Below, one piece after another: positions 1 to 58,437 of a stretch of DNA of 64,000 nucleotides. Made by a program: the position numbers and the translations under genes. This DNA is from the human T2T-CHM13v2.0 reference genome, Homo sapiens, in assembly GCF_009914755.1 (NCBI RefSeq), contig NC_060925.1, one strand, 5' to 3'. Position 1 is the first letter of the stretch, and every line of letters begins with the position of its first letter. The notes beneath the pieces are model-generated. The model ran no database searches. It was not told where the DNA came from and saw only the letters and a program-made list of their open reading frames with translations.

Positions 1-141
1 CAGGCAGAAATGACTGACATTGTTTCTTCCTTCAACAAAGAAAGGATAAAGGAGTTAAGGTTTACTTTATTGAGCTGCCATCACATGTTACAAGGATTGA
101 ATCCTTACAACAATATTGTCAAGAAGCCAAGATTAAACCAT

Positions 142-659
<518 letters not shown>

Positions 660-1774
660 TAACCATAAATCAGGAAAAAGCAGTTAAATATCATGATCAT
701 TAAGTGGCATTAAAGATCATGATCATTAAGCCCAGATGCTTTGATTCCAGAAGCAATGGTCTTTCTATCACAGTAGCCTCCTCAAGTCATAAAGATTCTA
801 CCGTTTCATTATGGGCAAAGATCTGTACACACAAGGTCATGAGAGGACCACTGGGACAGAAAACGATAATATGTGCTTGTGTTGTCACAGATCTCTAAGT
901 GCTAGCATGTTCTGAAAGGGGGAGATAAATTTGGACTTCAGGAGCAGGGACCCCTTTGCACTCTTTGCCCTCGTTCTGACAGATTTCCATTCAGCCCAAC
1001 ACATGTTGATTGAATGGCCACTCTGTGCTGCCTTCTGATGCTGTTCAAATAGACATATAAGAGCATGTTTTGTTATGGTCTCCCCTGACTGAAGGCAGAT
1101 GCTACAAGTTCTTAAGTCTGTCTTTAGGGAATCTTTGTATTGTTTAATGGTCTGTCTGACAGCAGCTATTTGTACCACTCTGCTGGCAGCAGGAAATTGA
1201 GGGTTCTTCTGTTCTTAATGCCCAAGATGTGACCAGCCCAATAAACGGGTGCTGATGGCAGAAGGGCCCGTATTCTCTAAGCACGGGCCAAATACCTTCT
1301 AGCCCTAAAATTGACAAATGGGGCTGCTGTGTGGAAAACAAACAAACAAAAAACATTGAAGCAAAACATTGAGTGGTGTTACAGGAGTCTAAAGTGGCTG
1401 GGCTTAGCTTCAATATCAAATAAAGGTTACTGGCTCAGCCCAACATCAGCTCCTAACACACACAGGTGTCCAAATATTTCCCTTGAAATTCTTTTATTGA
1501 TTGAGGAAAGGCATTCAGTTAGGATTAAATGTGGATCATTCAAATGCAGTAAACCAGTAGATTTTCCACCTGGCAACAGAAGGCTCAATGGCAACTCCGT
1601 ATTTAATAGTAGTCTTTCCATACAAAAGAAACAGTAAATATATGAGCCCTCATCTATCGATGAGATGAAATTGAAGCCACTAACTACTATCTCTTACATT
1701 CCTCTACTTAGATTTTTTTGCTTCTTTTAGATGGTGTGCCCAATGAATACATCCAAAAAATTAATACTCAGGAA

Positions 1775-1975
1775 TGTGTGCTCTGGATTCAGACTGCCTG
1801 GGTTCAAGCTCTGACGATGTCACCCACTAGCTGTGTGATCTTTGCTGGTTAATCTTGCTTTGCCTCAATTTCCTCATCCATAAAATGGGGATAATACCCA
1901 TTACTTCACAGAGTTGATTGTGAGGATTAAATGAGATATACATGTGAGGGAGTCAGAACTCATAAATGTTAGGTG
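1775..1975 (+). mobile_element. MIR SINE
   Basis: Core gcctcaatttcctcatccataaaatggggataat...gtgaggattaaatgaga. Confidence 0.8.
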
Positions 1976-2454
1976 TCATCATCATTCTTAACAAGCTAGC
2001 CATTCCTGAAAAGGAAACGAGATACTTGCATTTTACTTCTTAATTCTTAGCACACTAGTAGAACAGGATGTGGAAATAGAATGCAAGCATGGGTTTTGCC
2101 ACGAAATAGGATCATTGCTTGGGTTCTTAGCTCAAAAGGATAATTTAAGGGATAGGTAAGTATAAAGTTTCAGAAGTCAGGATATCAAGGCAGTGTGAAC
2201 AGAGGAGCATGTGGATAGAATTATCTGAGTGCTTTACAGTTAAATGCAAAGCCAGGGTAGTTTAACCCAAGAGTTCCAAGTAAAGATATGTAATATATGG
2301 GAATTAATGAGAAATGGCATCACCAGAGACTCCTATTCTGAGGTACATTGTACCTATATTAATTACCTGTTTCAATTTACATGTAGATTTGAGTGCAAAT
2401 GGCACATTTGGAAAACAACTATTATGGCAGATAGCAAATAATTAGTTTGGAATC

Positions 2455-2820
2455 TGTATTAGTCTGCTTGGGCTGCCATAACAAAATACCACCGATGGGG
2501 TGGCTGAAATAACAGATACTCATTTTCTCACAGTTCTGTAGGCTGGAAGTCCCAGTCAAAGTGCCAGATGATGTGGATTTTGGTGAGGACTCTCTTTCTG
2601 GCTTGTAGACAAGCCACCTTCTCACTGTGTAGTCACATGGCATGACAAAGAAGGCAAACTCTCTGGTCTCTTCTTAGAAGGGCACTAATACCATCATGAC
2701 CCATCCTCATGACCTCATCTAAACCTAATTATCTCCCAAAGGCCCCATCTTCAAATACCAACACACTGGGGGCTGGGACTTCAATATGTGAATTATGGGA
2801 AACATCATTCAGACTATAGC
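2455..2820 (-). mobile_element. MaLR LTR (MLT1A-like)
   Basis: tgtattagtctgcttgggctgccataacaaaatacc...ttctcacagttctgtaggctggaagtcc. Confidence 0.8.
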
Positions 2821-4081
2821 CAAATTGACAGCATAATTAATGAACTGGACTGTGGCTTGTCCTGTACCTATCCAAGGTGTGCACTCTTCATGTCTGTTAA
2901 CATAGTTCAGATGGAGTAAGTTATCTGAGTGCTACAGGTTTGGTATTTTTTACTGTGCATGTGTACACTTGGGTAGGATTACAACTTAAGAGCAAAACCA
3001 GTCAAGTGAACTGAGTAGAATTTCCCCACCTGCCACTTAGCAATGCTCCAGCTCTTCCATCAGAAATAGGTGATCACTGAAGTGTCAGAAACAGTGTCAT
3101 CATGAAAGAGTGTAAAGATGGAAAGGGATTGCTTAAACATGCATGCAGAGCTCTGGGTGGGAATACAGAAACCCTTGACACCTCCTCCTCTGCAGCTGAT
3201 CATTAATGCTGTTTCTGTCTGCCCTGAACTCAAGGAGAAATGTGGAGGGTCGAGCAGGGAGGATAGTGGGGAAAGCAGGAGAAGAAGAGAAACAGAGAGA
3301 AGAAACAGTGACAATTAGCACATAAGAGTGAGAAGGCAGAAATAAAAGCCAACAAACTACAGAGAAAAAAGAATTGACCAGCTTCTGCCCCATCCAGCTC
3401 TGCTCTGAGGCTCAAGTGGGTCTCTCGGATCCACCGTGCCAGCAGTGCTTGCAGCTCCCGAAGAAACTGCTGACCCAGAGAAGGAAGAAGGCTGAGTGCT
3501 TGCAGGAAGAAACCCTTCAGACACCAGGGGAGGCAGCAAGCCCCACCACACTGAGGCAAGGCCTGTCTCTGTGGTACAGCAGACAGGAGAAGTCCTGTCT
3601 TACTGTGTGTGGAAACAGGTGTGTGGGCTTCCGCTTAGAGTTAGGTGGAAGTTCAGTCTGCAAGGGAGGGTGAGAAAGTACTAAAGAGGAACAGAAGAGC
3701 TGGGAAGAGCTAGATCTTTTGAAGGGGATGTCTGCTTCTGCACCACGTGACAGTGGAGGATGCCTTGGATCTTCATCAAAAGAGGTAACTTCCTCTTCTC
3801 CTTGAGAGACGCAGCAAATCCCTCACTTACAACTTAGAACCTTCCTAGCTTTCATCCAAATGCATGTAAACCTTGAGAGAGCACCAAGAGGGAGAGAAAG
3901 GAGGCGACAGATTCTATAAGAAGTGAGACATGACAGTGTTGTGAGACAAATTGACGTAGGAGATGGTGGTGTGACTGAATCACTAGCCTAGTGTGAGGCG
4001 AGGGCCTCTGTTCTGAAGAGCCACCCCACTGAGGCCTCTGGGCTGCTTCCTGTGCTGCTCACCAAGAAAATGCCATGCCAT

Positions 4082-4553
<472 letters not shown>

Positions 4554-5014
4554 TCATACCCAAGGTGTAAAGACCATGGCAACGTGTTTACCTGTAGGAG
4601 ATCTCTCCAGGTCTTGCTAAAGCACTCTGCCTTGTTGAGCATTTTTATTGGCAACTTGGATGAAGGGAAAGACAGCAGGCTTGTCAAGTTGACACAGAAT
4701 TAGGAGATGGCACTAATAAGTCAGTTGACAGGAACAAGATTCAAAGAGATCTGGATAACCTAGAATAATGAATCAAAATTAACATGAAATATAGAATCCA
4801 TAGTTAAGTTTAGGCAATTAGATGCACCAGATAGGGGAGATGAGCTCACGCATGAAAAATGAAAACAGTGTTTTGGTTGATTGCACACTTGATATATATT
4901 ATTAGCATAACATACTTATTGAAAAAACAGAGAAAAAGATTTAGAGTTTTCCATTTCATATATAAAATGGTCATATCCAAAATAAAGGAGATAATTATCC
5001 CACGGCATTTTTCA

Positions 5015-5491
<477 letters not shown>

Positions 5492-5620
5492 CTAACATTT
5501 CGACACACCCAAACAGAACTTGCTATAACCAGAAGTTTCTATGCTGAATCCATTAGGGATGCTGTGGAAGGGATTTGGGAGGATGCATTAGGTGGCTTTA
5601 GGGTTCCTTCTACCCTATGA

Positions 5621-6190
5621 TTTCATCCATTCCATTTAACAGATACTTATGGAATGTTTACATGCTGTGTATACAGTGATTAGTGAGCCAAACAGAAATA
5701 AGTCCCTGCTTTCTTGGCAATTACACATATAGTCCATGGAGAAGACAGACGATAAACAAGTCAACAGACAACTCTGAAATAAATGTTATGTGGAAAGCAA
5801 ACCGGATACTGAGAGAGAACAAGGAAGAACCTTTGTAGATAAAGTAGTCAGGGCAAGTCTCACTGAGATGGTGCTTGCTGAGACCTACAGGATGAAGGGC
5901 TAAGTTTTTAAAGAACTGAGGAAAGCATTCCAGGCAGAAAGCACAATATGAATGCAGGCCTTAGGGTAATACAAAGCTTGGCACACTGAGGAACAGAAAA
6001 CAGGTTAGGGCGGCTGCAATATAATGGGTGAGGAGTGGCGTGGCTGTCTGTGAGAGTGAAAGCAGGAAGGGCCAAACCGTGCAGCGCCCGTAGGAACCAA
6101 AAGGATGACTTAACCTTTTTCTCTAAGTTTAACAGAAAGTCACTGAAGAGTTATAGGCAAAGTAACAGAACCTGACTCATGTTTTAAAAG
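5621..6190 (-). mobile_element. L2 LINE 3' fragment
   Basis: ttcatccattccatttaacagatacttatgg start and L2-like body. Confidence 0.6.
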
Positions 6191-6507
6191 GTTGATGAGT
6201 TCTTTAAGGCCATTTTAGTACTAAAAAATAGCAGCAAAAACCAGAGGCTGCTCTGCTCTGGCTCCCGGGTTAACTCAGAAAGGAAAAGGAGGGAGAACCA
6301 GGAAGAACTCTGCCAGAGTTTTCTCAGCTACTAAGATCCCAGCATCCAAGGAGGCTTAAAAACTTCATGGCAAAAGTCTTCAGAGCATTGGGTAGTATTG
6401 TTTACGCTCAGCTTGAGAACCTGGAATCCACCTTAGTGCCATTTGTTGCTTTCCAGAAAAAATGCAACTCAGAAACAAAAAGAAAACAGAAAACAAAACA
6501 AACAAGA

Positions 6508-6812
6508 GGCCGGGTGCAGTGGCTCACGCCTGTAGTCCCAACACGCTGGGAGGCCAAGGTGGGCAATCACTTGAGGCCAGGAGTTCGAGACCAACCTAGC
6601 TAACATGTTGAAGCCCCGTCTCTACTAAAAATACAAAAATTAGCTGGGCATAGTGGCATGCGCCTGTAATCTCAGCTACTCGGGAGGCTGAGGCAGGAGA
6701 ACTGCTTGAGCCCGGGAGGCGAAGATTGTAGTGAACCGAGATCATGTCACTGCACTCCAGCCTGGGCGACAGAGTGAGACTCTGTCTCAAAAAACAAGGA
6801 AAAAAAAAAGAA
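6508..6812 (+). mobile_element. AluS
   Basis: Full dimeric Alu. Confidence 0.95.
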
Positions 6813-7480
6813 ATACAACTCAGGATGGCCACCAGAAAACAAGTACATAGCCACTGGAGGTCTTCAGGTTCTAGGTTATCTTGAATGTGTAAAGCAGCGA
6901 AGGTTTTAGGGAACAAATGAGCAGTGAGGGTTGAGGAGAAGGTTAGAATTAAGCAGAATAACTGGTATAGGGTTAGGGGGAAGAGGGAAAAAACAGCTTG
7001 GTATAAAACTTGAATTAGATACCAAAAAAATGGGTAGGAGGACATGAATAAGAAAGAAAGGATTAATTAGAGGAAAGTTAGGATTGAATAGCTAAGATGA
7101 GAACTAGGCAAGTTTAAGAGGTGTTCTGATGAAGGTACAGAGACGTGGGGCCTATGACTGCTCTACTGCTGACAGTATAATAACATTATATGCCATATAA
7201 AACAATGGGAGAAAAAAAGAAAAAAACACCAATAATCCTACCATCTTAAATAAGCATTGTTATTATTATTTTGGTACATCCTCTTTGTTATTGTTTTCTA
7301 TGTGACTGCTTTCAATATCTTTATTGGATTTTAAAAATCGTAACAGAGCAATACATGCTAGTTGTAGAAAATAAAAACTGCACCAATCTCCCAACCCAAC
7401 CTCCCAGAGGTATATAAATGGAATCATACAGCATATAGTCTTGAAAGTTAATAGTTTGTTGTGACTAAAAATATTTTTGA

Positions 7481-7775
7481 TGCCAGGTGTGATGGTGTAC
7501 ACATGATCCCAGCCCTTTGGGAGGCCAACGCGGCAGACTGCTTGAGCTCAGGAGTTTGAGACCAGCCTGGGCAACATGGTGAAACCCTGTCTCTACAAAA
7601 AATACAAAAATTAGCCAGCTGTGGTGGTGTGCTCTGGTAGTCCCAGTTACTCGGGAGGCTGGAATGGGAAGATCACTGGAGCCTGGGAGAACAAGGCTGC
7701 AGTGAGCTGAGACTGCACCACTTCCAGCCTGAGGGGCTGAGTGAGACCCTGTCTCCAAAAAAAAAAAAAAAAAAC
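7481..7775 (+). mobile_element. AluJ-like
   Basis: Diverged dimeric Alu with A tail. Confidence 0.9.
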
Positions 7776-7929
7776 AAATTGACATGACTATACTCATAGT
7801 ACATAGTACATTGTATAATGTTTGTTACTTAACATTATACAAATGATTACTATGTCTTTTTATGTCTTTGTATTAATAACAATTAATGTCATTTTAACTT
7901 AGGTTTAAGTTCCATACAAACGTTAAAGG

Positions 7930-9650
<1,721 letters not shown>

Positions 9651-10062
9651 AAGATAAAGAGCCTGCGTTGAACCACTTTTGGAATAATATTTTAAGAACA
9701 GTGAAATTTGGAATCTAGTATTGAAAAAATATTGGTATAACAAAATAATTTGTAAAGTCTCTTGGCTTTACAAATTATAACCACATTTGTTCTCACTATA
9801 GTATCATCCTGATTGAGCCTATGTCAAAGGACAAGTTGAAAACAGTCATATGTTTGAAAGGCACAAAATGAAATGAAATGAAATTGAATTACCATTATAT
9901 ATCTTCAAACAAAAAGAATGAAACAGAGGAGGGTGGGCCTCAGTTTGGTTTTTATGTTACTAGGCTGCTACCTAGTGGTCATTTATAAAATGGCAGGACT
10001 TGGGTTTTTGGTTTTTGTCTTGGATTTGTTGAGCCATGTCTCTACACCACAGCAAATACCTA

Positions 10063-10497
<435 letters not shown>

Positions 10498-11193
10498 TTA
10501 GTCCCTGATTGGCTGGTGTCAGCTTTGTGACTTTGAGCCAGGTCAAAATTAATCCATGGGGACTATCCGGTTCCAAAGTTTTAGGAGCAGCTCTGTAAGG
10601 TAAGTTGGCCTTGGGGCCACCTCCTTAACTGCTCTAAACTTTAGTATCTTCATCTTAAAAATGGGGATAAAAAATCCCATCCCTAGGCTAGTTGTGACAA
10701 TTAAATGTGACAATGCATATAAAAGTATATCTCAGAACACACCTCAGGAAAAGTTAGAATATGACTTTCCCTCTCAGAATGTGCCTAATAGGGAACAATC
10801 TTTTATCTGCCAATTAAAATTACTCCTTCCCATCCTATCCCAAAGCAACAAGCAAAAACACCAGAAGTTCAGACAAGTAAATATGATTCTTAGAATGATC
10901 TGCTCATTTGAAACATAAATTTGAACAATTTAATTTAAAAAATAATCAATAAAGCATAGCCGCTAGAATTTTACAAATCACTTGAAACTTGGAATTGCTG
11001 ATTATTTTAAAACAATAAGGTAGTGACCGAGATGTCAAAAGGTGAATGTTCTAGCTCATCCTCTCACCACTGGTATCTTATGGAGGTCTGACATGTTTAA
11101 TGTATGCCAGCCAGCACAATGCTGACCACAGAAAGTATAATTCTTTCATTTTCCTAGGAATTAAGCTCCACTTTTGTGGGGTTGGACTTCTTC

Positions 11194-11898
<705 letters not shown>

Positions 11899-12496
11899 TA
11901 ACCGAAGGGTTTCTACTACCACTTTATTTCTTCACCCATTAGGATATTTCCTTAAGGATGTCAACATATCTAGATGACCAATTTTAGTTATTACTTTCAA
12001 TGCAGCAGATAGGTATTTTGGCATTGCTTAGTTTTTAAAACAGCCTTATTAAGGTATAATTTAGATGTCATAGAATTCACCTATTTAAAGTGTACAATTC
12101 AAAGAGTCTAGTAAATTTAATCAATTGTGCACCCATTACCACAATCCAGTTTTAGAACAATTCCAACATATACTTTGCATTTGACCAGCTCCATACTGAA
12201 CAAATTTATTGGATAATTAACCTGTGCATTTTAAGCCATCTAAATCTAGGACCCAGCCTAGACATTATTTTGAATAAATCAAGCTTTAAGGAAAAACAAA
12301 CTCTAAACTTTACTCAAAATAGAGATCCATAAAGCACATTCTCCCAAGGTCTCTCCGGGGGTCTGTAGGCTAATTAACAATATAAATTTAAAATATAAAT
12401 TAAGAATAAAAAATAATACACATACACCAATACATGTGTATATTTTGAAAAGTGTATGTTGTATAATTCATTATTATTTATTTCAATAGGCATAAG

Positions 12497-12650
12497 TTTT
12501 TTTTTAAGAGACAAAGTTTCACTCTGTCACCAAGGCTAGAGTGCAGTGGCACAATCACAGCTCACTGTAGCCTCGAACTTGTGGGCTCAAGCCATCCTCC
12601 CACCTCAGCCTCCTGAGTAGCTAGGACCGCAGGTGCCCACCACCATACTC
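12497..12650 (-). mobile_element. Partial Alu (right arm)
   Basis: T tract + gagacaaagtttcactctgtcacc... Confidence 0.85.
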
Positions 12651-14556
12651 AACGGGCATAAAAATTAATTTTAAAAATGTTTCCAGTTATGACCATCTTT
12701 CGTCCAATCTCAAACTTATTTTTTTCAATCTTGTAAATATGATGAGGTGGAATAAGTTGTCCAGGGACTTAACATTTTGATCTAGTATATTTTTAATTTA
12801 TGGAAGAAATATTCCTCCTGTCTGTGATTTGGCTGTGCACACTTTTGTGAGGTTGGACTGGAGATACCGACTTGGGTACTTGCAGAGGAGGAGCTTCTTC
12901 CTTAACGGGATATTTAAGAGGCCCCGATTTTGCCTTGTTTCGAAAATTATTCAAGAAATAATTAATTACCATGCCCCTCTTTCTGCAAATCCTGTATTCA
13001 TGGTATACTACCTCCAATACAGCATCTATTAAACATGTACAAATACATCATTTGCAAGAATAACAATCTTGGAATAATGAAAATGCTTCTACCTATTTGT
13101 TGTTCCTGTCTTATCTCTAAGTTCATCTAAGTTTCGGAAGGGTAGTTATGTATAAAGGAACTTCACTTTGGAAATTCCATTTTTCTCTAGTCCTAGAGAG
13201 TTACTGCTAACTCCATTCATTTTGACATTTAAATACTATTTTATATTGTTATTTAAGTGTTCAACATGTACTAGTTCAGTCTCCTCAAAATACTGAGTAA
13301 GTTCCTTGTGCTTAGAATAGTTGTTTCAAACTTTGTGTGTGTGAATGAATGAATTTTACATTTCTCAAGCACCTAGTCCACAACGGGCACAAAAAAGCTA
13401 TTTAGTAAGTACTGTTTAATTAATAAATGATACCTCAGGTTTGTCTCCCTTCCTCCGGATCCCCATAACATGTACATTTATCACATCGCCCAGATTTCCT
13501 AGACATTACAGATTTTCTGTTCTACGGCCCCCATAAGAACAGTGCAGGTGCCACACCATATGTCTGGGACATATGGTCCTCAATAGCTGCAATATGAAAC
13601 TATTTCTATTGCAATAAATCTAATATCTATTCCTCTCTGTTTACTAATAGTTTTGATTACAACTTCAAATTTTAAAAATCGAGGATGAAGTTAAATAGAA
13701 GGGAACTGTCCCCTTCCTTCTATTTAACCTCGTCTTCGATTTTTAAAATTACAAAAGCATAATAGTAAAAAAAAGTTTGACAATACAAAATGATAAAGTA
13801 AAATTCGCCTTCACCAAAAGTCATCTATTTCCCCTTCTGTGGTTTCCACGTTGCGGCTGGTAACTCGGGGCTTCCACGCTGGGCGAGCCTAGAGAATATC
13901 CAGTACACACAGGAAGCAGCAGCGCGGGCCAAATGGCGCTGAGACCTGCGCACCTGTCCACGGACCGCCCACTCGCCAACTCTGACCTTGGGTGAGTCTC
14001 TCAAACTTGAGTCTCGGAATCTTCCACAAAATGCTACCCATCTCACCAGGTCGAGTGAGGAGGGTCGTGTTATGTGTAAGCACTTTGTGAAATCTAAAGC
14101 ACGAGGCAAACGTAAAGCATTGTAGGGGGTCCTAGAGAAGTCTTTGTTGCCTGCCTGAGAGCCGTTTCAGTTCCCCGCAGCAGCTTCCAAGGACCTCCCA
14201 CCATGCCCGCCGCTTCGGCTCCTGCACTGCAAATCTCGCGGCTCGGCCTGCAGCGGCGGCTTCCCCTGGCCTCCCACCCCAGCGACTGAGCGCGGAGCCC
14301 AGCGCGCACGAGCGCCAGCCTGGCTCAGAGACACCCACGAAGCCAGGGCCTTTCAGCGCCTGCTAACTGGCGCTACCCCTAGGGCCGCCTCTCGGTTTTA
14401 AACGTAAACAAGAGTTGCCCTTCCGTCTTCCAAGACCTGCAAATCGAAGCTTCTTTTCCTCCAGAAGCCCCGCCACCTTCTAAGCTTCTCCCCAGCCTCA
14501 GCCACGCCCCAGCCTGCAAAAGCCGGGTCCTTTACGCCCCCTGGCTCCGTATTTGA

Positions 14557-14760
14557 TTTCGGCGCGCGCCATACCTGAGGGCAGCTGTGATTGGTTGGAG
14601 GTGAGCGAAGTTCCTATATGATTGGCTGATAGCGGCTAGGACGGGTGAAGGCCAAGGGCGGAGAATTATGGGAGGGATTAAGACTGCAAGAGCTGAGTGA
14701 TGGTTGGTTCCTGAACAAAGAGGGCGGAGTAAAAGGCGGAAGCAGAATTGGGGGCGGGGC
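14557..14760 (+). promoter_or_regulatory. Proximal promoter elements: E2F-like TTTCGGCGCG (14557), inverted CCAAT boxes (ATTGG at 14590, 14621, 14747), GC box GGGGCGGGGC (14751)
   Basis: Motifs read directly within ~230 bp upstream of the ATG; binding is inferred. Confidence 0.7.
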
Positions 14761-14787
14761 TTTGTGGAACTTGGGGGAACCAGCGAA

Positions 14788-55947
<41,160 letters not shown>

Positions 55948-56275
55948 CCTCCTGTGGATAAGGGCTCAGAATAGCACCATTGCTGGTTTGTATTAGGATC
56001 TGGGAATAACAACCTAACCATGAGCCTTGAACTCTGTTCTTTGCATTTCAATTTCACCGTCAAGCCTTTCACCTTCCTCAAAATGAGGCATAATCTTATC
56101 CCCAGAATTGAGGAGGGGTTGTGTTAACCAATTAGTTAACCAATTATGTTAATAATTTATTTAATGAGTGGTATGGAAACCAATTGATTTTTTTAGATAA
56201 AAGAATATGTTTTAGAGTTGGATGATTTTGGAAAACAACTCTGGCAGAATTGTATATAAGCTTCAGTAAAGTTCA

Positions 56276-56635
<360 letters not shown>

Positions 56636-56849
56636 TTACTACCTTCTCTAACACAGGCTCCATCCTATCTCTTCATCTCTTCTTGCCAGTGATGTTGCAC
56701 CTGTAACCATCTTTTTATGGGTGGAGCAGAGAGTCAATCCCTGCAGCCACCCTGCAGCCAGCCATCTCTGCAGTTCTCTCAGTGCAGGCAGTTCTTCCTC
56801 TCAGGCTGAAGATCAAGGAGATGCTTTGTACATGAACAGATGCTGAGTA

Positions 56850-57270
56850 TCTGTTATCATTGTATTGTTTAGTGTCAGTGTATCATTTAGTATTTGTATC
56901 ACTGTACCATTTAGTGTTGTATATCACTCAGTCATTTAATATTGGTTATCACCATACAGTTTAATATTTGTATCATTTGGTTCATTGTATCGTTTAGTAT
57001 TTCTATTATAACATTTCTATTTGTAGTATTTGTATAATATTTGTGTCATTTTTAATAGTATTTGTATTTTTACAAATTTGCAGTATTTGTAGCATTTAGT
57101 ATCATTGTTTCATTTAGTATTTGGTACAATCTAATAAATACTAATCCAGTCCAATACTAATCCAATCCAATACTAATAATACTATTGGTACAATCCAATA
57201 CTAATAATACTATTGGTACAATCCAATACTAATAATACTAACAGTAGTATTGATACAATCTAATAAATAA
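56850..57270 (+). repeat. Degenerate AT-rich tandem array ending in ~2.8 perfect copies of a 28-mer (57163-57240)
   Basis: Repeated tagtattt/tgtatcattt, then CAATCCAATACTAATAATACTATTGGTA units. Confidence 0.85.
57262..57267 (+). terminator. Candidate proximal poly(A) signal AATAAA (a second at 57133-57138)
   Basis: Hexamer followed by GT-rich tgtgtttgacagtgt, ~1.3 kb after the stop. Confidence 0.55.
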
Positions 57271-57282
57271 TGTGTTTGACAG

Positions 57283-57752
57283 TGTAGCAGAAATAATGCT
57301 ATGTGTTCACCAAACCCACTTCCTTTTCCTCCCGGGCACCCAGAGAGACTGTATTTCCCAGTTTTTGCTGCAGTTTGACGGGGTCCATATCAATGGACTG
57401 TGGAGAGAAGCGATTGATGTAAGTCACTTCTAGGTGGCCCTCTACCACTTTCCAAAAGATCATTCATGCTGTTTCTTCCCTCCTCAGCCTATGGGATGCA
57501 AAGGAACTGATGGAAGATTACAAGGCCCTAGGGAAGGTGAAGCCGCTAGCTCAGCAGTTCTTAGCCTAGTTTTTGGCCATCAGCCCTTCTATTAGACTAG
57601 TGAAGCCTCAGTCCCAGGATGGCTCCCCATGTACACTTCCCTCCTCGCCCCAGCTCACCTACACTGGACTATGACATGATCAAGGAATCTTTTTTTTTAA
57701 GCTACTGAGATTTCTGTGTTGTTTACATAGCAGTTTGTACCCTAAACAAACA
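57283..57752 (+). mobile_element. Old MaLR LTR (MLT1G/H-like)
   Basis: tgtagcaga start, ctgtatttcccag, ttaagctactgagatttctgtgttgttt end. Confidence 0.6.
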
Positions 57753-58095
57753 CTTGAGATTTTATACTTCAGGAAACTATTCAGATTTCCTTCTCATTAG
57801 CAATTGTTCCAAAAACACTTACTCTGCTAATTTCTGCTAGAAAGAATCACAGTTCTTCTAACACAGAAACATTTCTGTCCCTTGAGTTGGGAAACAAGAC
57901 CCTATGTTAACCCAGTCAGAGTGTGGACTGAGGCATTCGGAGCCTATTTAAGCAGAAGTTTTCTATAAGGACAAGATTTAAAGGCTTACAAAGGTAAAGA
58001 CAATGGCCTGGTGGGAAGAATTCTAGTCTAGAACGTTTGAGATTTGACTCTAGTTCTAGGTTCATCTTAGCTGGGTGTGTAACGTTGAAAAAATT

Positions 58096-58437
<342 letters not shown>

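Noticed and set aside
690-730. 15-nt direct repeat atcatgatcattaag
   Set aside because: Ordinary small slippage duplication with no functional cue
14753-14766. Possible CDE/CHR element (GGCGG...TTTGTG)
   Set aside because: TTTGTG is not the TTTGAA CHR consensus and the spacing is off
57163-57240. 28-nt repeats as a CRISPR-like array
   Set aside because: Head-to-tail with no spacers, in a eukaryotic 3' UTR; it is a minisatellite
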